From NCBI GenBank assembly GCA_031316235.1, contig JALDRA010000001.1, forward strand, positions 2,130,001 to 2,162,000: a stretch of DNA of 32,000 nt. Reading direction: 5' to 3'. The translations under genes were made by a program, and so were the position numbers. The stretch comes from Candidatus Scalindua sp. (lineage in GTDB: Bacteria; Planctomycetota; Brocadiia; Brocadiales; Scalinduaceae). A model generated the notes under the pieces. The model did no database searches. It worked only from the letters and a program-made list of their open reading frames with translations, and had not been told where the DNA came from. This document shows, piece after piece, positions 8,467 through 17,186 of the stretch (position 1 is its first letter; every line of letters starts with the position of its first letter).

Positions 8467-10587
8467 CGTGACACTAGGTTCATCTATGTAAGAATTAAGC
8501 CAGATAAGCGCTGATTTTTCATCGGATACAAACATGTTCATTTGGCCTCTCCGTATGTCACCAATGCCTTCCAATTTCATTTTCTTTTTATATTCGCGGT
8601 AAGTTTCTATCTGATCTGGATTGAACCAATAGTCATCTTCATCTGCGAAGTTCTTTCGAAGCATTTTGTAAAATGTTGAAGCATCATATTTAACAGTATA
8701 ACTGCGTTGAACATAAAAGGAGAGCATCTTAGAATAAAGCATCTGCTCTGTACGTTCAATAGATGGCTCTGGAGAAATGTGCGATAGATGCATTTTGATA
8801 AATTCATCTTCCAATCCTTCTCCTGTCATATCCAGAAAAATTTGCTCAAATTTTTGCCTTGGTTTATAGGCCGTAATAATTAGATCACTATCTACACTAC
8901 CTGGAGCAGTCATTTGTTTAAATGTTTTTTGCTTCTTATCGAGAAGTGAAACGGAAGCGATTATGAAACCGGCTTTAGAAATAGAGTTTTGTAAAATGTT
9001 CCATATTTCAGATTTCGAATTGTGAAATTCGATAGTAATCCAACGATTTGGTTTTAGTATTCTATAAAATTCGCAAAAAGACTGTTCTATAACCTTACGG
9101 TAATGTATTTCATCTTTTAACTGTACTTTGTTAACAATTGCTTCATTACTATTATTTGTTAAAACTTTTAACCAAGATTCCCAAATGTAATTAAGTTCAG
9201 AATACATTATATTTCCACCAAAAGGTGGATCGACGAAAATATAATCAACCGAATTCTCAATTATCGGCAAATTTGTTGAGGAACCCGTATTTATAATCGT
9301 AGTATTTTTTGCATAGCCTAAGTATTTCGATATTTTTTTTATTTTGTTTGTTAAACTATATCTATAATTTACTTCTGAAATTTTCTTTCCAACATATAAG
9401 GTTCCTTTTAAATACCTATTGACTTGAGAGTAAGATGCCTCAAAATATCTATTCATTTTTGTCTGACCAAGCATCACGGATTGTAACCAAAACAATAATA
9501 AGGGTTGAATTTCTTTATCTGATTTTTTAATTTTATAGAATAAACAAGAAGTAACATATAGATTTCTTTTTGTATAAAAAGAATCAATAGTTTTTAATCC
9601 ATGTGACTTTCTTGGTTGAGCTGTATTGCTCCCATCAGGCAAGATATTCGTGGGAAACCAATATGGTATTTCAAGGTTATTACATTTTGAAATTATTTCC
9701 AAATCATATTGCTCTGGTTTTTTAGTATATACTGCTCCTTGAAAAGTATAATTAAGTAGTACTGGAACTAAAACAGCATATCCATTATCATTGTATTTCC
9801 TTTTCAAGGTCGTATTCGTGATATCCGCTTTGCATTCTTGGCAAAATATTATGTCCTTATTTCTTTTAAGTTTTTCATCTACACCAATATGCCAAAATAT
9901 GTTTTCTTCTTTGCAATAAGGACATAAATATACATCACTCCATACTGTGTAATTAATCCTACCAAATTCTGTATTATTAATTGTTTTATTCTTTGAGTTT
10001 GAATGAATTGTTTTGAACATCCATTCGCATTCAGAGTCTAATTCATTTAGAATTGCGTTAGATCTTTGTTCGAAGAGAGTAATATTGTGTTTTTTATTGT
10101 AATTCCATGAAATAAAAGTTGCTATTGGTGAAATATCTGAAAGTATACAAAACCTTTTACCCATATTTTTTAAATTACCGATTGCGCTTTGCACATATTC
10201 ATTATTTTCACATAATGCTGCCGCGACACCTGTCATTCCAGTTCCACAAAAACCATCAAAAACAATATCACCCGGTTTAGTATAATGTAAGATTTTTCTT
10301 AATATTACTTTAGGTGGTACTTTTGTGTGGTACGTATGAAGGTTGTATATTACATCTCCTTTTCCTTCAACTATATCATCAATAAAAGGTGTTATATTAA
10401 AATCATCCTCGTATTCATTATATTTTTTACCATATTCCTTAATAAAATCATTAATATATGGATTAGGGCAGGCTGTGTAATATGGCGGGTCAGATAATTC
10501 TAAAATATCTTCATCTTTACCAATGGGAAAACCTTCAATATCTCGTACGGAATCGAGCAGTTCTTTAAGCGGTTTAAAATTTTTCAT
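8434..10587 (-). CDS. pglXI: PglXI-type Zn-ribbon N6-adenine DNA methyltransferase, 5' fragment (704 native codons plus 13 IS-derived codons and a stop)
   Basis: SAM-binding motif I is DIVFDGFCGTGMTGVAA. The Zn ribbon is CPYCKEEN...FCQECK. Catalytic motif IV is IFVDPPFGGN. Native sequence ends at ..YIDEP (codon 8478..8476); the last 13 residues, SVTSIIKCRVKFR, are read from the IS right end. Confidence 0.8.
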   Translation of the reverse strand: MKNFKPLKELLDSVRDIEGFPIGKDEDILELSDPPYYTACPNPYINDFIKEYGKKYNEYEDDFNITPFIDDIVEGKGDVIYNLHTYHTKVPPKVILRKILHYTKPGDIVFDGFCGTGMTGVAAALCENNEYVQSAIGNLKNMGKRFCILSDISPIATFISWNYNKKHNITLFEQRSNAILNELDSECEWMFKTIHSNSKNKTINNTEFGRINYTVWSDVYLCPYCKEENIFWHIGVDEKLKRNKDIIFCQECKADITNTTLKRKYNDNGYAVLVPVLLNYTFQGAVYTKKPEQYDLEIISKCNNLEIPYWFPTNILPDGSNTAQPRKSHGLKTIDSFYTKRNLYVTSCLFYKIKKSDKEIQPLLLFWLQSVMLGQTKMNRYFEASYSQVNRYLKGTLYVGKKISEVNYRYSLTNKIKKISKYLGYAKNTTIINTGSSTNLPIIENSVDYIFVDPPFGGNIMYSELNYIWESWLKVLTNNSNEAIVNKVQLKDEIHYRKVIEQSFCEFYRILKPNRWITIEFHNSKSEIWNILQNSISKAGFIIASVSLLDKKQKTFKQMTAPGSVDSDLIITAYKPRQKFEQIFLDMTGEGLEDEFIKMHLSHISPEPSIERTEQMLYSKMLSFYVQRSYTVKYDASTFYKMLRKNFADEDDYWFNPDQIETYREYKKKMKLEGIGDIRRGQMNMFVSDEKSALIWLNSYIDEPSVTSIIKCRVKFR

Positions 10588-10605
10588 ATGTCCTCTTCAT
10601 TGTTA

Positions 10606-13600
10606 CTATTTCAATTTAATACGAATACTACCTTCTTCCTTGTTCTTCTTCAGATCTTCAATGAGTGTAAGAAAGCTTTTACGCAGTTCATCTATGGTCG
10701 TCATTTGCTGGTCAGGAAAGAGTGTCTTAATAATCTTTTCGCTGTCAACCTCAACAATATCAATTTCCTTGAACAGCTTATTAATGGTTTGCACCATCTG
10801 CTGTGTTATTTGCTCAGGCAGGTTTTGTTCCTTCAAAATTGCCTCAATCAGCTGCTTATCTGATTTTTTATCCAGAAACTGCACGTTATCCCGATATTCC
10901 CGCATCTCTTTCAGCGTAGTCTTTTCATAGGATTCGTAGAGCTCTTCGATCAAATCTTCTATCCGGCTCAGCGTTGCTGGAATAGTACTGTAATTTACGT
11001 GACCGGGAAACAGACATTGCTGGCAGCGCACGGCCTTTTGTAAACTGTCTTCCAGATTATGATTTATGCATTGGTATTGTTTTAACTCATTCCATGAAAC
11101 AACCATCTGGTGGAACTTAACGTTATTTATGCAGGTCAAATGACTTAAGATTGAAAGCTTCTTAAATGTCTCACTATTTTGATATGTATTTAAGATATTC
11201 CAATCTACTTTTTTCCCAACATATTTTGCATGAGCCGATAAATACAAATCAAAGATGTAGATCTTCTTAAATTGCTGTATCTTGCCCTTAATAGGATTTC
11301 GTTGTGATCGATCACTAAGGGTTGGATAATCACTGCAAATCAATTCTATTTCATCCCTGAAATCTTTCAACGTTTTAAATTTCTGTTCATCAGTAACAAG
11401 CAACGAATGTTCCGTAAGAAGGTTTATGGCATCATTCATATAGCTGAAAGAGTCATGGATTAAGTCAAGGTATTCGCATAAAGCACCAGATAGATTCCGA
11501 ATCTTATCCAGAACGATGACAAAACCTGGCAATTTATCATTGAAAGATTCAATCTTTCCAAATTGCGTGGGATTATCAATATCGAGCGCCTTCCATTCAA
11601 TTTCTGTTATGGTATCAAAATTGTCCTGAATCTGTTTTATATCGACATAGATCTTCTGCTTCTGTCTTAACAGATCAATAGCATTCCCTAAATTCTGAAT
11701 ATCCTGTTGAATAGCATTGACTTTTTCCTTGTATTCTCTAAATGCCGTGAACCTCTCTTTTTCAATCGTTATTTTACTGCCGTTTAAACCGAGCGCGTTA
11801 AGTAATCGAGCAGCAAAATCATAGGTGTAATCTTCCTGTAAACGCGCATAGGCAATAGTCTCAAAAACAGCGAGTGATTTTATCTTCTCTCTAACGTTAT
11901 TAATGTCAACCTTATCTCCACCTTTTAATTGCAGGTATATTTTCCCGAGAACAGTCATCACAACCAGAACAAAGTAAACAACTTCAGCCTCCAGGCCATA
12001 ATCAGAATCTCCAAGTGGCGTTACTATTTCTTTTTCAATGTCAGTTACCTGTTGTTTCTTCTTTTTCAGAATATCCAATATACGCAAAGCTATCTTTGAG
12101 TGAGAGAGGTCAGGATAGCCTTGTGAATCCAGGAGATCTATACTGCTTAAAAATTGTGAAGTGTTCCTACCCAGATTATTAAAATCACCTCTGGTTAGGT
12201 CAGTGACAATGGAACTTAATGAAGTCCCAATATTTCTGGAAGTGAGTTGTATTGAATATACTGGATGAGAAGGATAACTTCCATTAAAAGGTTCATTAAA
12301 GAGTGAAGTTTTCAACTCCTCAATAACCTCAGAAACACTGCCACGTTCTCGACTCAGTATCTTCTTTATAAACTTCTGCTCACCATTTAGAGCACATTCC
12401 GCAAAATGAATGAGTAACATTGACAGCCTGTATTTAAAACCCGTTACGGTAGTACCTGCACGTTCATAACCGTTTATCCTTTCATCCAGTTTTCGGGACA
12501 TAATATGCTTCTGGAAATTGTTGTTAAGTAAACCCTTGATTGCTACGATCTCTTTCAGCAGCTCAACATTCTCAACAACTTCTAAATGCAACTTTATGGT
12601 CAATTGATTTTTGGCAAAGGTTTTGTCAATCTTTTCCACTAATGGTGAAATGAAGACGATAGAATAATCTCTTTCTGGAAGTGTGTTAAACTTACACCCT
12701 TTCCTGGCAAAGATAATATAACCATATCTGCATGATTTCACTGTCTGCCACACACATTCATCATCAAAGACATCAGCTTGACCTGAAATAGGATCCAGTT
12801 CCAGGATTTCCTTTAACTGATTAAATAGTTCTTCTTCCATTTCATCTTCAGAGACGGGTCCGGCTTTATCACTGATTTTTTGTTCAGGATCAATTCCGGC
12901 TTTTGTATCAAATCGAAAATATTCTAACCCTGAACTTTGATCCTTGAATGTCTTGACATATTCACCATCAGTCACCTCACGAATCTTTTTAATGATTAAG
13001 GCAATATTGTCCGCAACATTAAACAGCTTTTTTTGTGGTAAAAGCATTAAGTTATTTGCTAGTTCCCGCGCAGTTGACCCTTTTTCTCTTTTATTCCACA
13101 ATGAATAGATTGCCAAACCTTTGACAACTTTAAGAGCATCCAACTGGTATTTACTTTCCAATAGATTGATCTTCTGGGTAATGATATCCATTGCCTTAGA
13201 GATTTCGTATATCTCCTCAAGATTCTTCTTGTTGGGATTGTTTTCGAGTAAATTATATATATTGTCAAAAGTCAGAAAATACGGGAATTTTTCATTTTGA
13301 ATGTACTTAATCTCAGACGTGGCAAACTGAATAACTCCGCGTTTCTCGAAATAAGGGAGATCACTGAAAAGCTCAATCAGAAATGGGGTTAAGGGAAAGA
13401 GGTTTATATAATCATCTATATTTCTGCTGACATCTTCAATCTTTTCAGCAAATGGTTTAAATCTATTTTCTAAAGTATGTTTTTGTTCAGATGTTTTAGG
13501 AACGATACGTTCAGAAATTACTTTTTTAATATCTTCCTTATGGATGATAATGTTCTGGAAACGCTCTTGAATTCTTCCTATTTCACCGGCTATATCTTTA

Positions 13601-14805
13601 AATTTAGGACTTGTGAATACATCTTCCTGCATTGAGCCTACAAACATCATGTCTTGATCCTGGCATACCTGACCAATAACCCGTAAGAATTGCAGGTCGG
13701 CTTTCATATCCGCCTTTTGCTTAGTATCTAAAAAGTCAGAAATTTCATCAATGACTACCAGCAGTCCGGAAGTAGGCCCACTTTTCTTTATACTATCTAT
13801 AATCTTTGCAATATTCTCCTTGTCATCAAAATCCTTCTCAGGATCGAACTGTGGTATTGTAATATTATATTTGGATTTTAACTGCTTCCTGATTTTTCCA
13901 TAAAACCATTGTTTAAGCGAGGCACGCCCGGCGCCCAATTCAAATTGTACGGTCAGGAATTTTCTATCTAATTCTTTTAATTTATTTTTGATGTTTTCAT
14001 TGGATATTAAATCTGATAATTCAGGCTCTTCTATAAGACATACTAGAAAACCTACTAAGTGAGATTTACCGCTTCCATAATTACCGATAACAGTTCTTGC
14101 TTTATGTGTAGGTTTTTCAATATCTTCGAAGAACTCTATTATCTGCTGTTCGAGAGATTCTGAAATGATGTAACTGCTTACGATATCTTGCCTGCGATTC
14201 TTTTCTTTTAAATCAGAATCAATATCTACAACATCTTTTATTTGCTTAAAATTGAAAAGATGTCCAATAGCCTCCTCATCCCATTCAGATGGTTCTGCTA
14301 TTATGGATTGTTTCGGCTTATGGGTTTCATATTCATCTGAGATTTCGTTAATGTCTGCGACAACAATATCATTAATTTCTCGATCATAATAATCAGATTT
14401 TCCAACTTCGCCATAATACAGACGAGATCCCAGCTTCTGTTCGTCCTCCATAAAGATGATACAGTTTTTGTTACGTGAGTTATACTTAAATGCGCCTACC
14501 GGAGAAATCTTTGTAAACAGATCATGATAGAGGATACTGGGATTAGTTAAGATCAGTTTGTTCGGCTTGGTATTAAACCACTCCTTGATTTTTGGACCGA
14601 TCTCAATATCAAAGTCAACCTCTTCCGCCCCCAACTCTTTCCGCAGATTTAGCAGCTCACTTTCGACATCAATGAGCACCCAGCCGTCTTTCTTCAAAGT
14701 CTTAATTAGCATCTTTTTCTTTGCTTTGTTTTCACCAATTATGGCTAGTAATTTAAAGCGTAAAGCATCGGCTTGAGTTAAAAGAGTATTAATCCCGATT
14801 GTCAT
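10606..14805 (-). CDS. brxC: BrxC/PglY-type large P-loop ATPase with an extra N-terminal module of about 170 aa
   Basis: 1399 aa. Walker A is VIGNYGSGKSHL at residues 239-250 and Walker B is GLLVVIDEISDF. It is the first gene of the block. GGAGG lies 4 nt upstream of ATG 14805. Confidence 0.8.
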   Translation of the reverse strand: MTIGINTLLTQADALRFKLLAIIGENKAKKKMLIKTLKKDGWVLIDVESELLNLRKELGAEEVDFDIEIGPKIKEWFNTKPNKLILTNPSILYHDLFTKISPVGAFKYNSRNKNCIIFMEDEQKLGSRLYYGEVGKSDYYDREINDIVVADINEISDEYETHKPKQSIIAEPSEWDEEAIGHLFNFKQIKDVVDIDSDLKEKNRRQDIVSSYIISESLEQQIIEFFEDIEKPTHKARTVIGNYGSGKSHLVGFLVCLIEEPELSDLISNENIKNKLKELDRKFLTVQFELGAGRASLKQWFYGKIRKQLKSKYNITIPQFDPEKDFDDKENIAKIIDSIKKSGPTSGLLVVIDEISDFLDTKQKADMKADLQFLRVIGQVCQDQDMMFVGSMQEDVFTSPKFKDIAGEIGRIQERFQNIIIHKEDIKKVISERIVPKTSEQKHTLENRFKPFAEKIEDVSRNIDDYINLFPLTPFLIELFSDLPYFEKRGVIQFATSEIKYIQNEKFPYFLTFDNIYNLLENNPNKKNLEEIYEISKAMDIITQKINLLESKYQLDALKVVKGLAIYSLWNKREKGSTARELANNLMLLPQKKLFNVADNIALIIKKIREVTDGEYVKTFKDQSSGLEYFRFDTKAGIDPEQKISDKAGPVSEDEMEEELFNQLKEILELDPISGQADVFDDECVWQTVKSCRYGYIIFARKGCKFNTLPERDYSIVFISPLVEKIDKTFAKNQLTIKLHLEVVENVELLKEIVAIKGLLNNNFQKHIMSRKLDERINGYERAGTTVTGFKYRLSMLLIHFAECALNGEQKFIKKILSRERGSVSEVIEELKTSLFNEPFNGSYPSHPVYSIQLTSRNIGTSLSSIVTDLTRGDFNNLGRNTSQFLSSIDLLDSQGYPDLSHSKIALRILDILKKKKQQVTDIEKEIVTPLGDSDYGLEAEVVYFVLVVMTVLGKIYLQLKGGDKVDINNVREKIKSLAVFETIAYARLQEDYTYDFAARLLNALGLNGSKITIEKERFTAFREYKEKVNAIQQDIQNLGNAIDLLRQKQKIYVDIKQIQDNFDTITEIEWKALDIDNPTQFGKIESFNDKLPGFVIVLDKIRNLSGALCEYLDLIHDSFSYMNDAINLLTEHSLLVTDEQKFKTLKDFRDEIELICSDYPTLSDRSQRNPIKGKIQQFKKIYIFDLYLSAHAKYVGKKVDWNILNTYQNSETFKKLSILSHLTCINNVKFHQMVVSWNELKQYQCINHNLEDSLQKAVRCQQCLFPGHVNYSTIPATLSRIEDLIEELYESYEKTTLKEMREYRDNVQFLDKKSDKQLIEAILKEQNLPEQITQQMVQTINKLFKEIDIVEVDSEKIIKTLFPDQQMTTIDELRKSFLTLIEDLKKNKEEGSIRIKLK

Positions 14806-15128
14806 TTTGCCTCCGTTAAGAGAATATAAATAGATTCCAGCTTAATATTGTTACTATAAACAATGTTATTTCAGAACTAAGTTACAACTTTTATGAAGAA
14901 TTACAATAAGATGCAAAAGCTGATTGGAGTTATTTTTATATACTAGAATACGGTTTGACAACATCTACTCCTGAAAGCTTTGGTGATAAGAATTTCTAGA
15001 ATAATTGTTATAAAATGGTGAAGCCTGCTTATAGCTAACAGTTAAATCAGACTTTTCAAGCAAAGAGTATTTACGGACTTTAAGATTATCAAGTCGCATA
15101 ATCAGGCGGATATTAAACCAGCTTAATT

Positions 15129-15152
15129 GGCTACACACTGTGTAGCCTTTTT
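15129..15152 (+). terminator. intrinsic-terminator-like hairpin on the plus strand, with no annotated plus-strand gene upstream
   Basis: ggctacac-act-gtgtagcc gives an 8-bp stem and 3-nt loop, followed by TTTTT (15148..15152). On the minus strand no T run follows the hairpin. Confidence 0.35.
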
Positions 15153-15375
15153 GATCATCCTTAAAAATTTAGAAATAAAACCCGGGAAGTTTGTTCCATA
15201 TAATCTGGTCCACTGCTACAGTAGGTGTCTTTATGCAATATGTCGTCGATATTCTTAAAAGTTTGTTCAAACACGTGAAAGTCCTTTTCTATTCAATAAT
15301 TTTAACCACTGTTTTTCTTGGGTGGTTGGAGGTTGATTGATAACAAAAGACTTGGCACGACCACCAAGCGATTTG

Positions 15376-16239
15376 TTAGCTGTTTTTAATTGGTGCTTTA
15401 TCCAAATTATGCTGGGGGACATAACTCCAAAAGTTAATTGGACAATTTGGATTAAAAGTACTTAAAGATTGATTTGTGTCAATACTTACCCTCAGTTTCA
15501 TGCTTTTACATTTTTTAATTAATAAGTCTAAAGTTTTAAACCTTTCATTTTTTGCACTTGAAAAGGTAGTTTCATTAATTTGCTCAAAGAAAGTCATTTG
15601 AGGGCCGTTAATCATACTCCATGTTTTATATTCTTGATAATATTTTTTTGAAAAAACAGCTAATCCTGCAAATAAATCAGCTACTTGGCAACATGGTACT
15701 TCGTTCGAACAAATCTGTTCGAACTTATCAATTTTAAAAAGTTCTTCAGAAAAGGTATCTCCAAAGAGGGGATTCTCAAAAAAAGTACGTCTCTTTCCAG
15801 CATTGATTAAACAGTTTAGTATAGTTTCCCAATCAATTTCATGCTTTTCATCGGGATATATTTCCCATTTAGCCTCTATTTCTCTCTTTGACATCAAATT
15901 TTTAAGAAGGTGAAAAAACATTCTTGCAAAGTTTGCTTTGTCATCTCTGCCAATAACGCTATGTCGTCTGTCATAGGTATCCCAAATTATTGTATCGATT
16001 CTAATTTGTTTCTGATCTACATTATCCAATATGAAATTGATGAATTTTTCAGCACAAAACATGTATTTCGCAGATCTTACCTTTTGCCATTTAAACTCAG
16101 AAACTCCTGATTCTTTCAAAATATCAAAGAGATATTTATTAATAAATTCATTATTATTTTGAGGAAAAGAAATTGCGGCAATACTTCTATGTCTTTCTGC
16201 CGAAATATAACTTTCATCAGAGCATACAATATATTTCAT
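15376..16239 (-). CDS. DUF3800-like hypothetical protein
   Basis: 287 aa. N-terminal MKYIVCSDESYIS (a DES motif after a beta-strand) and C-terminal CCQVADLFAGLAVF (QxAD) match the DUF3800 pattern as I recall it. It is on the same strand as the BREX block, 570 nt upstream of brxC. Confidence 0.55.
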   Translation of the reverse strand: MKYIVCSDESYISAERHRSIAAISFPQNNNEFINKYLFDILKESGVSEFKWQKVRSAKYMFCAEKFINFILDNVDQKQIRIDTIIWDTYDRRHSVIGRDDKANFARMFFHLLKNLMSKREIEAKWEIYPDEKHEIDWETILNCLINAGKRRTFFENPLFGDTFSEELFKIDKFEQICSNEVPCCQVADLFAGLAVFSKKYYQEYKTWSMINGPQMTFFEQINETTFSSAKNERFKTLDLLIKKCKSMKLRVSIDTNQSLSTFNPNCPINFWSYVPQHNLDKAPIKNS

Positions 16240-16340
16240 TATTTTTTATTTTATTGTCTCAGTCAACATTTAGATAGACTGTAACTAGGTATTCTTTCAA
16301 TCTTTAACCTTGCCAGCTATGTCTGTGGTGTCACCCCTTG

Positions 16341-16440
16341 ACAGGTTGTCCGAGAATAGGTGATTTTTTAAATTTACGAGTCATAAGCCTTTTAATATCA
16401 ACACCAAAATTTTCTGGTTTTGTCTTCTCGGACAACCTGT
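16341..16440. repeat. perfect 16-bp inverted repeat enclosing 68 bp (small MITE-like element or large hairpin)
   Basis: acaggttgtccgagaa (16341..16356) pairs with ttctcggacaacctgt (16425..16440). ttg precedes the left arm and tga follows the right arm; shifting each boundary inward by one base reads the flanks as a TTGA direct duplication. Confidence 0.6.
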
Positions 16441-17021
16441 TGAATAGTGAATTAGCGTTTTCGAATATTTTTTTATTCGGGATTCCTTTCTTACATTCAA
16501 CTTTATATAGGCGAGGTCACATTCATATTCCAATTGTCAAAAGCAGTCCCGGTTTATTACCGCATTATTATACACATTCATACCCTCTCGTTATCCTGAT
16601 CCCCCATTTCATAAGCATTGTATCTCTCTCAAAGTACGTATAGTGAAAATGTTTCACAAAGAAGAAAGGAGACGGGTTTCTCCTTAACTGCATATGAGAA
16701 TATGATAAATGTGATTCCGGTCTACGCTTTTGCTTTTAGAAAGAGTCTGAGAAACTGAGCTGCAATAGGCAACAGTATTTCTTTAAAACTTATCTAGTTC
16801 GAGTTAAATTTACGTATTACAGACTTGAACAGCTACAACCTTATGAAAAAACGATACCAATTTGTATTGTATGCTCTATTACATCTTTGAGAGATGTTTT
16901 TCAAAACTGACTGAAGTATCGACATAAATTTTCAAATCTTTGTTCATCATATTTAATTCTTATCTTAGAACGTAAGTAATTTTAAATTAAATAATGAAAG
17001 GCGAATATTACAAGAGTACAC

Positions 17022-17186
17022 AGTGTCGTCCGATTAGGTTTTTGCGTAGGCGGCTTTCGTCATACCCGAACGCCTTTATCGGGTATCCAGAGACTCGTTT
17101 CATCATAGATTCCCGCTAAAAACATGCGGGAATGACAGTTTTGGGGCAATAAATTAAATACGCAAAAACCTAACCGGACGCTACTG
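17022..17186 (+). repeat. MITE family B, copy 1 (about 165 bp) with a target-site duplication
   Basis: The 27-nt terminal inverted repeats are agtgtcgtccgattaggtttttgcgta and the reverse complement of tacgcaaaaacctaaccggacgctact, with 3 mismatches. A 10-bp direct repeat aagagtacac flanks it at 17012..17021 and 17187..17196. Internal hairpins are atacccga..tcgggtat and attcccgc..gcgggaat. Confidence 0.85.

Larger units (their letters stand above)
7254..8474 (+). mobile_element. IS630-family insertion sequence, 1221 bp, inserted into pglXI
   Basis: It has perfect 12-bp terminal inverted repeats: gtgtcacgtcaa (7254..7265) and ttgacgtgacac (8463..8474). It is flanked by a duplicated TA (7252..7253 and 8475..8476), the IS630/Tc1 hallmark. 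It encodes a DDE transposase. Confidence 0.9.

Noticed and set aside
7254-8474. The IS630 element as the autonomous parent of MITE family A.
   Set aside because: The terminal sequences are unrelated: gtgtcacgtcaa versus tatactcat.../...ttagtata.
5571-13036. A/T homopolymer runs of 7-8 nt inside BREX genes (for example 9333..9340 in pglXI and about 5583 in brxHII) as phase-variation tracts.
   Set aside because: Such runs are expected by chance in coding DNA of about 30% GC. All the frames are intact. The only run linked to a frame change is the A8 in the IS transposase.
3146-14776. Short ORFs inside the BREX genes, mostly plus-strand antisense frames plus minus-strand 8607..8807 and 13059..13268 (others: 3146..3361, 5059..5241, 5396..5686, 6002..6300, 6566..6754, 6996..7196, 10523..10930, 10588..10863, 14558..14776).
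   Set aside because: They are alternative or antisense frames of long, well-supported genes, with Ser/Phe/Ile/Leu-rich low-complexity products (mirror codons of an AT-rich gene).
14806-15375. Search for a stand-alone brxF (or brxB, brxL or pglW) next to brxC.
   Set aside because: There is no ORF of 60 aa or more in the 570-nt upstream gap. Nothing resembling Lon-like BrxL or kinase PglW is in the window, so the type 1 and type 2 BREX layouts do not fit.
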